A DNA stretch of 62,105 nt from a virus (IMGVR_UViG_3300037851_000372:1-62105); one strand, 5' to 3'. Counted from the stretch's first letter, positions 10,224 through 19,668 are shown. Numbers and translations are program-made. Notes: generated from the letters alone by a model not told the origin.

Positions 10224-10834
10224 CTCTGTTCTTCTCTTTTGCGGCAGTGCTCGTTTATGCCCAACCGACGCACGTTGTTCGCATTGTCGTCAGGCCTCCA
10301 GAAGGAAGCTCAGCATGGTCTATGGGTAGCGGCGTACTCGTAGACGAGCAAGTCGTCCTCACAAACTGGCATGTGGTACGCGACAACCCGTCGTCAGTAG
10401 AGGTTCGATTTGGCGGCAAGCGATCTGTAGTCGGCAAGTTTATCGCGGCTGATAACGACTGGGACGTCGCCATCATCGCCGTCGCGGCTGGGCATGGAGT
10501 GAAGCCAGTCCGCATTGCCAACCGCAATCCAGGCAGGGGCGACGGGCTCACGATTGCGGGCTACGGCCCAACGCGGACAGTCTACCGTGAGCAGTCCGGC
10601 CAGTTCATTCAGTACCTGTCACCTGCTGGACTCAGCACCTACGAACTCATAGAGCTGTCAGCAACCGCAAGGGATGGAGATAGTGGCGGACCCATCCTCA
10701 ACTCGAAAGGGGAGGTCGCAGGTATATTGTTCGGCACTGTGGACGGAACGACATCGGGTTGCGGTGCGACGCGGTTGCGGGAGATCCTGGGACGTCCTGC
10801 TGTGCGACTGAAGGGAATCAGATGCGACGAGTGA
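10208..10834 (+). CDS. Trypsin-like (S1) serine protease with signal peptide
   Basis: Catalytic motifs LTNWHV, DVA and GDSGGP; hydrophobic N-terminus. Confidence 0.9.
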   Translation: MQFPLTLFFSFAAVLVYAQPTHVVRIVVRPPEGSSAWSMGSGVLVDEQVVLTNWHVVRDNPSSVEVRFGGKRSVVGKFIAADNDWDVAIIAVAAGHGVKPVRIANRNPGRGDGLTIAGYGPTRTVYREQSGQFIQYLSPAGLSTYELIELSATARDGDSGGPILNSKGEVAGILFGTVDGTTSGCGATRLREILGRPAVRLKGIRCDE

Positions 10835-11859
10835 TACTGATGGGCTACCCAGGGGGCATGGGTGGGGCCAACACGGAGGCGTGGCATACTGTCAAGATGC
10901 TCCGCGCCAACGGTGTTGAAGTCCATGCGATGCCAACATGGGGCAAGAGCGACATCTGGAAGGCTCGTCTTGATTCGATCGGTGTTCCTACTCACCACGT
11001 TCGAGAAGCCGAGCTGGAACGGTTCGAGCTCATATGGGGCTCCATCGTACTGGGCATCTGCAACCAGAACGTCTACAAGAACTGGGGCAGGCTGAAGAAG
11101 ATGCGGTGCAAGACGGTCTGGATGAATTGCATGACGTTCATGTACGGACCCGAACGCTCTGCATTCGTCAGTAAGGGGATGCCCGACGCTATGATCTTCC
11201 AGTCCGAGTTCCAGCGATCGGAGATTGAGCGATCGCTGAGGCGAACGAAATACCGTCCGGAGACGGGGCACCTTGTACGGGGCGCCTTTGCGATCGACGA
11301 GTTCCCGTTCGCATACCAGCCCCGCAAGCCCGGTGACGACTTTGTGGTGGGTCGCATGGCAAGACCTGCCGCAGACAAGTGGTCGTCAAAGATGTGGGAC
11401 GTGTATGGGGCGATCACATACCCGACACGACGCGCTTTGGTGATGGGAGTGAACGAGGAGACAAGGAACCGCATCGGTCCGACTCCACAATGGGCCAAGA
11501 CGCTTGCCCCGCAAGAGCTGCCTGTCACCGAGTACCTGCGTCGCATTCACTGCCTCGTCACTCTCAACGGCACTGCTCGCGAGAACTGGCCGCGTGTTGG
11601 GCTGGAGGCGATGGCTTGTGGTGTGCCCATCGTTGCTCCGAACCGATGGGGCTGGAAGGAAATGGTTCGTCACGAGCAGACCGGTTTCCTTGCCGATACA
11701 GACGAGGAGCTGGCGACCTACGCTACAATGCTGGCCAAGGACGAAGAGCTCCGTAATCGCACGGCAGGGGCCGCAAGGGCGTGGGTAGAGGAGCTGACGG
11801 ATCCGAACGTGATATGGTCACAGTGGGAACGGATTCTCACGGAGCTGAGTCAAGGATGA
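10822..11859 (+). CDS. Glycosyltransferase family 4 (GT-B)
   Basis: GGMGGANTE N-terminus; ENWPRVGLEAMACGVPIVA E-x7-E motif; HEQTGFL. Confidence 0.9.
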   Translation: MRRVILMGYPGGMGGANTEAWHTVKMLRANGVEVHAMPTWGKSDIWKARLDSIGVPTHHVREAELERFELIWGSIVLGICNQNVYKNWGRLKKMRCKTVWMNCMTFMYGPERSAFVSKGMPDAMIFQSEFQRSEIERSLRRTKYRPETGHLVRGAFAIDEFPFAYQPRKPGDDFVVGRMARPAADKWSSKMWDVYGAITYPTRRALVMGVNEETRNRIGPTPQWAKTLAPQELPVTEYLRRIHCLVTLNGTARENWPRVGLEAMACGVPIVAPNRWGWKEMVRHEQTGFLADTDEELATYATMLAKDEELRNRTAGAARAWVEELTDPNVIWSQWERILTELSQG

Positions 11860-12506
11860 TAGAAGCCGTCGTCACCTGCGTCAATTACGCCGACTACCTG
11901 GTTCACACGTTGCCCCATCTCGCGAAGCAGGTAGACCGCGTTGTAGTGGTGACGTCGTTGTCGGACTCGGAGACGGTTGCGGTCTGCAAGTCCGTTCAAA
12001 AGGCGATCCTGGTCCAGACGGATGCGTTTTTTGAAAGCGGTGCTGTGTTCGCGAAGGGACGTGCCATCAACCAAGGTATGAACTACCTATCGCTGAGTGA
12101 CTGGGTGCTGTTCACAGATGCGGACATGCTGTTCCACTCCTTCACTACAACGCATCCCAGGATTCGTAGGTGCCTCTATACGATGCGGCGCAAGTCCATC
12201 ATCGGTGCGGATGCCCTTGCTCGCCACTTGAACGGCGAGGAGGTCGCAGGCGGAGAAATACCGATGATCTGGCATAAGGACAGTGTCGTTCCGTCTGGGT
12301 ACTGTCAGCTCTACCATTTCCCAACGTGTCCGCGATACTACCCAGCAACATCGCATGCCGCTGACAAGGACGACATGGCATTCTCTAAGACGTGGCCAGC
12401 TGAGCACCGAAAACTGATCCGCGGTCTGTATGCGTACCACTTGGAGATGCCGGACGCAACTAAGGCAGCCAACTGGCGGGGCAGGAAGACGGCGAGATTT
12501 GAATAG
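11856..12506 (+). CDS. Glycosyltransferase, GT-A fold
   Basis: VVTCVNYADYL, KGRAIN and WVLFTDAD (DxD) motifs. Confidence 0.8.
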   Translation: MIEAVVTCVNYADYLVHTLPHLAKQVDRVVVVTSLSDSETVAVCKSVQKAILVQTDAFFESGAVFAKGRAINQGMNYLSLSDWVLFTDADMLFHSFTTTHPRIRRCLYTMRRKSIIGADALARHLNGEEVAGGEIPMIWHKDSVVPSGYCQLYHFPTCPRYYPATSHAADKDDMAFSKTWPAEHRKLIRGLYAYHLEMPDATKAANWRGRKTARFE

Positions 12507-13303
12507 TGTTCACAGTCCTCATGCCCGCCGCCAATGACGACTACAGCCTTAGCCTGTCCGTTCCTGCGATCGCTCCTCATGTTGACGAGGTGATCGTATA
12601 CGTCGACGAGGCAGCCGATCGCACAGATCACATTCTGCAGGACCTGACGGATCGGTTCAAAAACGTGAGGTCGGTCGCTGCCAAGAGTTCCATTGGATGG
12701 TGCAACGCTCGCAACGAGCTCATGACGCTGACGGATGCGCAGCACCTGCTCTTCTTAGATGCTGACGACATCTTTTGTGAGTGGCAGCTCGACAAACTGT
12801 ATCAGCTTCCTCATCTGGCTAAGAAAGCAGATACGGGGTTTGTGACGTTGGGTCTGATGGAGGCGGTTGGAGATTTCAGGCATGGTACTGGAAGGGGATG
12901 GGTCCGCCCTCACTACGACAAGTGCCACGCCTATGTGAAACGCTCTGCCTGTCTGGACCTCGAGTGGCGTCACAAGGACACATTCACGTTCCCATACACC
13001 GCCGAGAAGCGAGTGCCTTGTGGGAGTGTGCTGTTCCTCCATGCCAAGGGAGTGAAGAGTGACAGGCGGCTCGTGTGGAGGAACACTGTTCGAGACAGGA
13101 TGCGGGGCAAGGTACGAGTCGCACCTCCGTCTACGGACATAGAGCACCAGCTGGCTCTGCAAGCGCTGCTCAAGAGCCCTCAGAACCCGCTCCTTCGCAA
13201 GCCCTCACACGTTCGTCTCCCCGAGGGCCTGACAAATAGATTCGAGATTCAGTACGTTGGAGGTGTGGCAGTGGACCGAGTGGACCATGGATGGCACATA
13301 TGA
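12506..13303 (+). CDS. Glycosyltransferase family 2
   Basis: VLMPAAND, DEVIVYVDE...DRT, ARNE and LLFLDADD motifs. Confidence 0.85.
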   Translation: MFTVLMPAANDDYSLSLSVPAIAPHVDEVIVYVDEAADRTDHILQDLTDRFKNVRSVAAKSSIGWCNARNELMTLTDAQHLLFLDADDIFCEWQLDKLYQLPHLAKKADTGFVTLGLMEAVGDFRHGTGRGWVRPHYDKCHAYVKRSACLDLEWRHKDTFTFPYTAEKRVPCGSVLFLHAKGVKSDRRLVWRNTVRDRMRGKVRVAPPSTDIEHQLALQALLKSPQNPLLRKPSHVRLPEGLTNRFEIQYVGGVAVDRVDHGWHI

Positions 13304-14052
13304 AGATCGCGGCGGTGTGTTGCACCTACAACAGACACAGACTGCTCGCTGAGGCGGTCGAGTCATTCCTACGTCAGACGCATCCTGACAAGGAGATGGT
13401 CATACTTGACGACGCGGGGCTATACGAGCCCGGGGCGGCGGACCACTTGCCTGGTGTCAAGTTGATCACGACCAGGCATCGCTTTCGGACGCTTGGAGAG
13501 AAGCGAAACGCGACCGTCGCTCTTGCGTCGCCAGACGTGGATGTGTTCTGCGTATGGGATGACGACGACATCTACTTGCCACACCACATGGCAGCCGCAG
13601 CGGCAACGCTCCAGTCCAATGGTGGGCAGGATGTGTTCGAGTGCTATGCCATCCCGTCAACCATCTACATTGACCACCCGGACCACTTGCAACGCAAGGA
13701 GTCGAACGGGCTCTTCCATCCATCATGGTCGTTCACGCGGGAGGCCTTCGTTGCTGTTGATGGGTACCCACCAATGCAGTCCGGTCAGGACCAGGCACTG
13801 CGACGTAGGTGGGCCATGAAGCATGTAGCCCGCCGCAATCCCATCACGTTCGACTCACGACCCAGTTTCGTTTACAGATGGGCCACAACGGGGGACAAGC
13901 ATCTGTCAGCGATGGGCGAAGGTGGGTACGAGCGGCTGGGCAGCGTCAAGCATCCGTACCGCAAGATCAGCCGAATAGAGCCCAAGTGGTCGAAGAACTG
14001 GACGCGGCTGGCAGAGCTTGAGCAGGCAAGTACCACAGGGGGTCAGAAATGA
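13300..14052 (+). CDS. Glycosyltransferase family 2
   Basis: CCTYNR...AVESFLRQT, ILDD, LGEKRN and WDDDD motifs. Confidence 0.9.
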   Translation: MKIAAVCCTYNRHRLLAEAVESFLRQTHPDKEMVILDDAGLYEPGAADHLPGVKLITTRHRFRTLGEKRNATVALASPDVDVFCVWDDDDIYLPHHMAAAAATLQSNGGQDVFECYAIPSTIYIDHPDHLQRKESNGLFHPSWSFTREAFVAVDGYPPMQSGQDQALRRRWAMKHVARRNPITFDSRPSFVYRWATTGDKHLSAMGEGGYERLGSVKHPYRKISRIEPKWSKNWTRLAELEQASTTGGQK

Positions 14053-14288
14053 TCGTTGTCTACGCGATACGGAACGGCGTCGTTGAGCAGATGAAACACT
14101 CCAAGCTCCTGGTCACAGTGAGCGACTATGCTGAGAAGCTCGTCAAGGAACTTGCCAGCGACCAAGAGTGGAAGAGCCTCTCGTCCATGCGGACGAGCCA
14201 TTTCCTCCGTCCCGGGGAGTGTGTCAAGCTCCGCTGTGGGGTGACGGTAGGGGTCGAGCGATCTGTCACGCTCAAAAAAAGCCGCTAG
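14049..14288 (+). CDS. Hypothetical protein
   Basis: ATGA-coupled 79 aa ORF. Confidence 0.5.
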   Translation: MIVVYAIRNGVVEQMKHSKLLVTVSDYAEKLVKELASDQEWKSLSSMRTSHFLRPGECVKLRCGVTVGVERSVTLKKSR

Positions 14289-14307
14289 TTTCCGGAAGAA
14301 ATCGGGG

Positions 14308-14355
14308 TTGCAACGTGTAGCCCAGAGGCTATACTACATATGTGACGTGTGTCAC
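14308..14355 (+). promoter_or_regulatory. Sigma70-like early promoter with downstream GTGAC-N4-GTCAC inverted repeat
   Basis: TTGCAA-16-TATACT, then GTGACgtgtGTCAC, then an AGGAGG RBS; near-identical copy at 16765. Confidence 0.75.
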
Positions 14356-14377
14356 GCCCACCAAGGAGGACCGAGAG

Positions 14378-14782
14378 ATGAAAGCGGAAATCAAGCTCGA
14401 GCTCGCCCAGAACAACTATCGATTCGCCGAGATGGAGGAGGCCAACCTCAAGGCTCTCTATGAGGCTGCCAGCCGTAAGCGATTCGAGGCCAAGCGAGCA
14501 GTGGACGCCGCTCAGGCGGAGGTCGCAAAGGCTGCGGTAATGGCAGCCGGTGAAGCGGCTCTCAAGGATATCGACTGGAGCAAGGCTAAGCGGTCCTACT
14601 CCGGGATGGCTGGACGTTGCTGCTGCGGGTGCTCTGGAAACTATTCCGAGTCCAAGCAAGGTATCTCCGGTCAGATCAGCCGCCTCAAGAAGCTGGCCGG
14701 GCAAGGTGTCAAGCTCGACATCCAGGACAGCTACGTGGCGGCCGAGAACGGTGGCCGACTCTACATCGTGTACTTCAACTGA
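14378..14782 (+). CDS. Hypothetical early protein (YSG...CCCGCSG motif)
   Basis: Strong RBS AAGGAGG; coiled-coil N-terminus and Cys cluster. Confidence 0.7.
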   Translation: MKAEIKLELAQNNYRFAEMEEANLKALYEAASRKRFEAKRAVDAAQAEVAKAAVMAAGEAALKDIDWSKAKRSYSGMAGRCCCGCSGNYSESKQGISGQISRLKKLAGQGVKLDIQDSYVAAENGGRLYIVYFN

Positions 14783-14815
14783 GCCTTCCCAACCACAACG
14801 ACAGGAGACCAGCAA

Positions 14816-15160
14816 GTGAACGCCACCAAGCTCATAGAAGCGATCCGCCGCAAAGCGCATCCCGTGCTCAACGAGGAGATGGAACACCAGGTGGAGGTGT
14901 GCCTCGAAAGTGACGACCCGCCAGATGTGCTGACGGACGTCATTCGTGCGGACCTGTTCGTCAGCATCCTGTTCATTGCAGAGGACAACCGGGACCAGGC
15001 TCTGGTTCGTGTGTGCAACGACGTTCTGATTGACGCCGGGTACCTTGTGCCCCGCCCAAAGGATGCGCAGGTCACTGTCATGGGACGGGACAAGGCGGTC
15101 GTCCGCAAAGGCATCAAGTACGACTGTGTCGGTGGACTCGAAAGCTGGATTCGTGAGTGA
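14816..15160 (+). CDS. Hypothetical protein
   Basis: RBS AGGAG, GTG start. Confidence 0.6.
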   Translation: MNATKLIEAIRRKAHPVLNEEMEHQVEVCLESDDPPDVLTDVIRADLFVSILFIAEDNRDQALVRVCNDVLIDAGYLVPRPKDAQVTVMGRDKAVVRKGIKYDCVGGLESWIRE

Positions 15161-15182
15161 TCAACCCAAGGAGAACGCGATC

Positions 15183-15498
15183 ATGAGCAAGGGAAACAGA
15201 ATGGCAGGGGCAAGTCATATCCGGCTCCCGCTGACGTTCTACGTCGACCATATGGAGCGGGCCTTGCCTACTCCAGAGGATGTGAGCAACGCCAAGTCTG
15301 TCTGACGACCCAGCACTTGCTGAGTTGCTCAACGATGCGGAGTATTATGCGGACCCCTTCGGACCGGCCGGCGAGCCGTACTTGCAAGGACTGAAGGCTT
15401 CCGCGAGAGCGACTGTGCGAGCCATCCGTGACGTGATCGGATGGAACGATGCAAGTGATGTGGTCATGTCCCTCAAGAAGAACGGAGCAAGACGATGA
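15183..15498 (+). pseudogene. Frameshifted hypothetical gene
   Basis: ORF from 15183 stops at 15305; the +1 frame continues (SDDPALAELLNDAEYY...) to a stop overlapping the next ATG. Confidence 0.55.
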
Positions 15499-15803
15499 CG
15501 AAGCGAGCAAGCAAACCAAAGCCCCTGCCCGGGCCCTATGCAGTGGGCCGCATGTTGTCCAACGTGCAAGCCAGCGGAGTGCAGATCACTGCTGGCGGTA
15601 CAACGATCGCCATGGTAATGGCAGGCACGGGCAAAGCGGAAGGCACTGCAAACTTGATGGCCGCTGCCCCGGACCTGCTGAAGGAGCTCAAGTACCTCGT
15701 AGACAGGTTTGAGGAGGCGGTCGACTACATTCCAGAATACGTGGCAATGGCGGACGACGCGAAGGCTGCCATTGCCAGAGCAGAAGGGAGGGGAGCCACA
15801 TGA
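15495..15803 (+). CDS. Phage hypothetical protein (PGPY...ANLMAAAPDLL family)
   Basis: Resembles the widespread phage TPGPW...AAAPDLL motif. Confidence 0.75.
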   Translation: MTKRASKPKPLPGPYAVGRMLSNVQASGVQITAGGTTIAMVMAGTGKAEGTANLMAAAPDLLKELKYLVDRFEEAVDYIPEYVAMADDAKAAIARAEGRGAT

Positions 15804-16267
15804 CGCAACACACACTCGCTTCTGCGCGTGCCCTTGCAAGACGTCGCCTTCACCCTCATGCCCAGATCCGCGTCAACAAGACCGTTCCAGATCGGGAAGG
15901 ACGGGAGGAGGCGCTGTTGCGAATCCGAACCATCCGCCTTCGCTGTGCAGACATCGAGAACGAGCTGTCCGCAACACGGGACGCCGTGACACGTCTTGCA
16001 GCCGCCGCTCGCTTCGTCGCGGATGTCAACGGGGACCCACCTTCTATTGACCAGCTACGCGAGGCGGTGGAGGCGGTGGAGGTTCGGGAGGCGCTGAGGG
16101 ACGAACTGACACGACTACGGGTCTCTATCAAGGAGCAGCACACCTACCGTCGTCGATACGAATGCGTCTACCGTGCGGGGCTTGGGAACTGTGTTCTTGG
16201 AGGCGATACGCTTGAGGAGCTGGTACAACGTATCGAAGGCGAGCGGCTTGCGAGTGGTCGGGAGTAG
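15800..16267 (+). CDS. Hypothetical coiled-coil protein
   Basis: ATGA-coupled, RBS GGAGGGG. Confidence 0.6.
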   Translation: MTQHTLASARALARRRLHPHAQIRVNKTVPDREGREEALLRIRTIRLRCADIENELSATRDAVTRLAAAARFVADVNGDPPSIDQLREAVEAVEVREALRDELTRLRVSIKEQHTYRRRYECVYRAGLGNCVLGGDTLEELVQRIEGERLASGRE

Positions 16268-16366
16268 CGGCTGTGGCGAAAGTGATGGCATGGATGCACT
16301 GGTGGTGGCAACGCAGGCACCTGCGTCATATGGAGCTTGCACGACGTTCCATCTTGTGGGCCGATC

Positions 16367-16735
16367 ATGAGTAGACACCCGCCAGTCACGTCGCCAGCTG
16401 AGCTGTTCGCTGCAATCAACGAGCTGGTTGAGCTGGGGTTCGTGTTCGGGCTCTTCGCAAGCCCAGCCACCATTGACTATGGCGACGGTCCAGTACAACG
16501 ACAAGTGATCTACTGGCAGTCCCCGTCGTCGTCCTTGTGGTCGCCCATCTCCGTAGTGGCCAATGAGCTGTTCGACAACCCGCAAGGGGATATCTGGCTG
16601 CCTGTCGAGATGGCGGCTGCCCACATAGGCTTGCCGAAAGAGGTGATGGAAGAGGTTGAGCTTGCACGGACGGAGCACCCAGAGCACCTGCCCCGGCTGA
16701 GGGCAAGGCTGTTGCAAGCCTGCGGGCTGCAATAA
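16367..16735 (+). CDS. Hypothetical protein
   Basis: ATG at 16367 within the 16337 ORF; ends just before the second promoter. Confidence 0.55.
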   Translation: MSRHPPVTSPAELFAAINELVELGFVFGLFASPATIDYGDGPVQRQVIYWQSPSSSLWSPISVVANELFDNPQGDIWLPVEMAAAHIGLPKEVMEEVELARTEHPEHLPRLRARLLQACGLQ

Positions 16736-16764
16736 ACCAGCAGAAAACCCGGAAGAAACCGGGA

Positions 16765-16812
16765 TTGTAACGCCCAGCCGTGTCGCTATACTACATATGT
16801 GACGCCTGTCAC
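16765..16812 (+). promoter_or_regulatory. Sigma70-like early promoter, copy 2
   Basis: TTGTAA-16-TATACT ACATAT GTGACgcctGTCAC; shares the CCGGAAGAAA upstream element with the 14308 copy. Confidence 0.75.
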
Positions 16813-16828
16813 CAGAAAGGAGGCCGAG

Positions 16829-17032
16829 ATGGCCAAGCGAGTCGTGTTCGAGGAGAAGAAGAGCAAGGGCAAGGCGACCGTCTTCAACGTCGGCGTCGTG
16901 TCCGAGGGCAGCCCTCGAGTCGAAATGAGCCAGTGGTTCTACGGCGTGAAGAGCAAGCCGAAGGCGATCGAGTACGCGAAGTGGCTGGAGAAGATCCTCG
17001 CGATCGAAGCGTCCGCGAAAGGGGGTGCCTGA
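16829..17032 (+). CDS. Small basic hypothetical protein
   Basis: RBS AAAGGAGG. Confidence 0.65.
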   Translation: MAKRVVFEEKKSKGKATVFNVGVVSEGSPRVEMSQWFYGVKSKPKAIEYAKWLEKILAIEASAKGGA

Positions 17033-17112
17033 TGAAAGCGATCGAGATTCACTACTGCTCGATGGAACTTACCCGCCGCCAGAAAGCGGCTCAACTGAAG
17101 AAGGGGGTGTGA
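17032..17112 (+). CDS. 26-aa small protein (MKAIEIHYCSMELTRRQKAAQLKKGV)
   Basis: TGATG-coupled with an AAGGGGG RBS; fills the gap to the next gene. Confidence 0.45.
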   Translation: MKAIEIHYCSMELTRRQKAAQLKKGV

Positions 17113-17114
17113 CG

Positions 17115-17426
17115 ATGGCCTACTACGCCAAGCTGAGTAGAGAGGTGACCGACAAGATGTCCACCGCAGAGCTGATGAGCGAAGCGGAGCGACGTGCCCG
17201 TGGCACTGCGGTCACCCTGTTTGAGAGCATCGGTGACAAGGTCGTGTCAATGACCGAAGCGACTGTCGGCATCTGGGGTCACAGCGGCAGGGGTGCTCCG
17301 CGAGCCGTTCGGATCATCGAAATCCTGGCCGAGTACGGGTACGTTGAGATCGCCGGTCGCAAGCAACGCAAGGTCCGTGTGACCGACAAGGCACGGGCAG
17401 CCTCAGCCGCAGCGAATGCGGGGTAA
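17115..17426 (+). CDS. Hypothetical protein, possible winged helix
   Basis: RBS AAGGGGG; ILAEYGYVEI...VRVTDKAR resembles a wHTH wing. Confidence 0.55.
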   Translation: MAYYAKLSREVTDKMSTAELMSEAERRARGTAVTLFESIGDKVVSMTEATVGIWGHSGRGAPRAVRIIEILAEYGYVEIAGRKQRKVRVTDKARAASAAANAG

Positions 17427-17438
17427 GTGGAATCGGGA

Positions 17439-17489
17439 TTGCCGGAGTCGATTGTGGTCAGTATGTTCAGTGCCGTCACGTTGGTGACG
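17439..17489 (+). promoter_or_regulatory. Third related promoter with arm-swapped hairpin
   Basis: AATCGGGA-TTGCCG-17-TATGTT then cGTCACgttgGTGACg. Confidence 0.55.
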
Positions 17490-17512
17490 ACTTTCACAAG
17501 GAGGACACGAAG

Positions 17513-18043
17513 ATGGCGAATTCGGAAACACCGGTCATGGAGACCTACCAGGATGTCGAGAACCTGCTGTACCACATCTCGAACCGTTTCCAACGGCGGC
17601 ATGGCGGGGACATCGAAGAGCTGGAAGGCGAAGCCAAAGTGGCGTTCATGCGGGCATACCGCACGTTCGATCCCAGCCACGGAGCTCAGTTCCCAACCTA
17701 CCTCTACCACGTCGTGTGGAACCACTTCGTGTCCACCTTCTGCAAGGGGCGTCTCAAAGTCGTCTCCCTTGACCAGATGACGGAGGACACCAACTACCAG
17801 GCTCCCGACAAGGCCAGCCCGTCGTTCCGCATATGGGAACTGCTGGAGGGCATGTCTGAGGACGCTGCTGTGGTGGTCAATCTTGTGTTCCAAAGCCCAG
17901 CTGAGCTGGCCGAGGCGGCTGCGGGCAAGGGGAACCAGCCACGCAACTGGCGGTCGAGCCTTCGCACCTACCTCAAGTCCATGGGGTGGAAGGAGACTCG
18001 CATCACCACGATCTTCAACGAGATTGCAATCGCAGTCGGGTAG
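17513..18043 (+). CDS. Sigma70-family region 2 protein (phage sigma-like factor)
   Basis: EELEGEAKVAFMRAYRTFDPSHGAQFPTYLYHVVWN matches sigma region 2.2-2.4. Confidence 0.75.
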   Translation: MANSETPVMETYQDVENLLYHISNRFQRRHGGDIEELEGEAKVAFMRAYRTFDPSHGAQFPTYLYHVVWNHFVSTFCKGRLKVVSLDQMTEDTNYQAPDKASPSFRIWELLEGMSEDAAVVVNLVFQSPAELAEAAAGKGNQPRNWRSSLRTYLKSMGWKETRITTIFNEIAIAVG

Positions 18044-18074
18044 AATGCTCATCCGAACTCAGGAACCTGATGAG

Positions 18075-19463
18075 ATGAGCAGTAAGATCAAGCCGTTCGC
18101 GTACCAGAAGGAAGGGGTCCGGCTCATAGAACAGTTCGGCGGCCGTGTGCTGCTGGCTGATGAGCCGGGCCTCGGCAAGACGTTACAGGTGCTCTGGTCG
18201 CTCAAGCGAAACCCCGAGTGGATGCCCGCGTTGGTGGTATGCCCCGCGTCGCTCAAGTTCAACTGGCAGTGGGAGGCGAGGCACAATGCTGACCTGGCAG
18301 CGTCCATCTGCGAGTCGAAGAAGCCCCCGGTTCACAACGGGCGGGACTTCACTACGATGGCTCCCATCACCATCATCAACTACGACATCCTCAAGAGCTG
18401 GCTGCCCTACCTCAGGAAGCTCAAGTTCAAGACAGTGGTGTTCGACGAGTGCCACTACATGGCTAACGTCCGCACACGGCGAACCAAAGCTGGTAGGGAC
18501 CTTGCAACGTCTATCGAGCGAGTGATCGCAGTCAGTGGCACTCCCATCCTGAACAGGCCTTCTGAGCTGTGGCCCGTGCTCAACATGCTGTGGCCTGAGC
18601 AGTACCCATCGTTCTGGTCCTACGCTCAGTCCTACTGCCAGCCCCGGCTCACTCCATGGGGCTGGGATTACACGGGCTCGTCCAACCTGGACCAGCTCAA
18701 CCGCGAGCTACTCGTCAACGGCATGATCCGTCGCCGCAAGGTGGACGTGCTCAAGGACTTGCCGCCCAAGGTTCACCGTATCGTTCCGTGCGAGCTCAGC
18801 AACCGAGCGGAGTACGACCACGCCACGCGGGACTTCCTGGGCTGGCTGAAGAAGACAGCCGCCCACAAGGTGTCCCGTGTCAAGCGAGCGGAGGCGATGG
18901 CCAAGTACGGCTACCTCTTGCGGCTGACGGGGCGTGGCAAGATGCGTGAGGTCGTTGCGTGGGCCAATCGCTTTCTGGAGGAGACAGGGGAGAAGCTGGT
19001 GTTGATGGCGACCCACAAGAAGGCAATCGACTGCCTGCAACGTCGCATCAAGACCAAGTCGGTTGTGGTGGACGGGTCTACGTCACTGCGGATGCGTCAC
19101 CTTAGCGTGGAGGCGTTTCAGAAGGACGAAGAGACGAGGCTGTTCATCGGCAACATCCAAGCGGCTGGCGTGGGCATTACGCTCACAGCCGCGTCTGAGA
19201 TGGGACTTGTCGAGTGGGCACACAGGCCTGGCGACATCAAACAGGCAGCGGATCGCATTCACCGCATCTCGCAAGACCGCCCAGTTTTCATCAACTACTT
19301 TGCGGCTGGCGGTACAATTGAAGTGGAGATGTGCAAGCGACTCGTCCGCAAGCAGAAGAGCATGGGAGAGGCGCTTGACGGAGGCGTGGTAGAGGAAGAC
19401 TTCGATTTCTATGCGGAACTGATCGACATCCTGGAGAAGCGAAATGGCCGGTTCGACTGCTAA
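18075..19463 (+). CDS. SNF2-family (HARP-like) helicase
   Basis: LLADEPGLGKT, DECH, SGTPILNRPSEL, GVGITLT and QAADRIHRI motifs. Confidence 0.93.
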   Translation: MSSKIKPFAYQKEGVRLIEQFGGRVLLADEPGLGKTLQVLWSLKRNPEWMPALVVCPASLKFNWQWEARHNADLAASICESKKPPVHNGRDFTTMAPITIINYDILKSWLPYLRKLKFKTVVFDECHYMANVRTRRTKAGRDLATSIERVIAVSGTPILNRPSELWPVLNMLWPEQYPSFWSYAQSYCQPRLTPWGWDYTGSSNLDQLNRELLVNGMIRRRKVDVLKDLPPKVHRIVPCELSNRAEYDHATRDFLGWLKKTAAHKVSRVKRAEAMAKYGYLLRLTGRGKMREVVAWANRFLEETGEKLVLMATHKKAIDCLQRRIKTKSVVVDGSTSLRMRHLSVEAFQKDEETRLFIGNIQAAGVGITLTAASEMGLVEWAHRPGDIKQAADRIHRISQDRPVFINYFAAGGTIEVEMCKRLVRKQKSMGEALDGGVVEEDFDFYAELIDILEKRNGRFDC

Positions 19464-19665
19464 GGAGACGGTAGAGGAGCGGGGTAACGTGGACCTCAAC
19501 ATTCGGGGCATGAGTCCGGAGTTGCGTCAGCAATTCAAGGTCCTCTGTGCCCAGAAGTCAGTCACCATGACTGAGGGTGTGCTGTCACTCATCGAAGGTG
19601 CTGTTGCTGGCAAGATCCCCGTCCCGTTTGACGGTCGCCCGTTGTTGACAGGCTCCCGTTCCTGA
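19444..19665 (+). CDS. Ribbon-helix-helix DNA-binding protein
   Basis: LNIRGMSPELRQQFKVLCAQKSVTM pattern. Confidence 0.7.
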   Translation: MAGSTAKETVEERGNVDLNIRGMSPELRQQFKVLCAQKSVTMTEGVLSLIEGAVAGKIPVPFDGRPLLTGSRS

Positions 19666-19668
19666 CAC

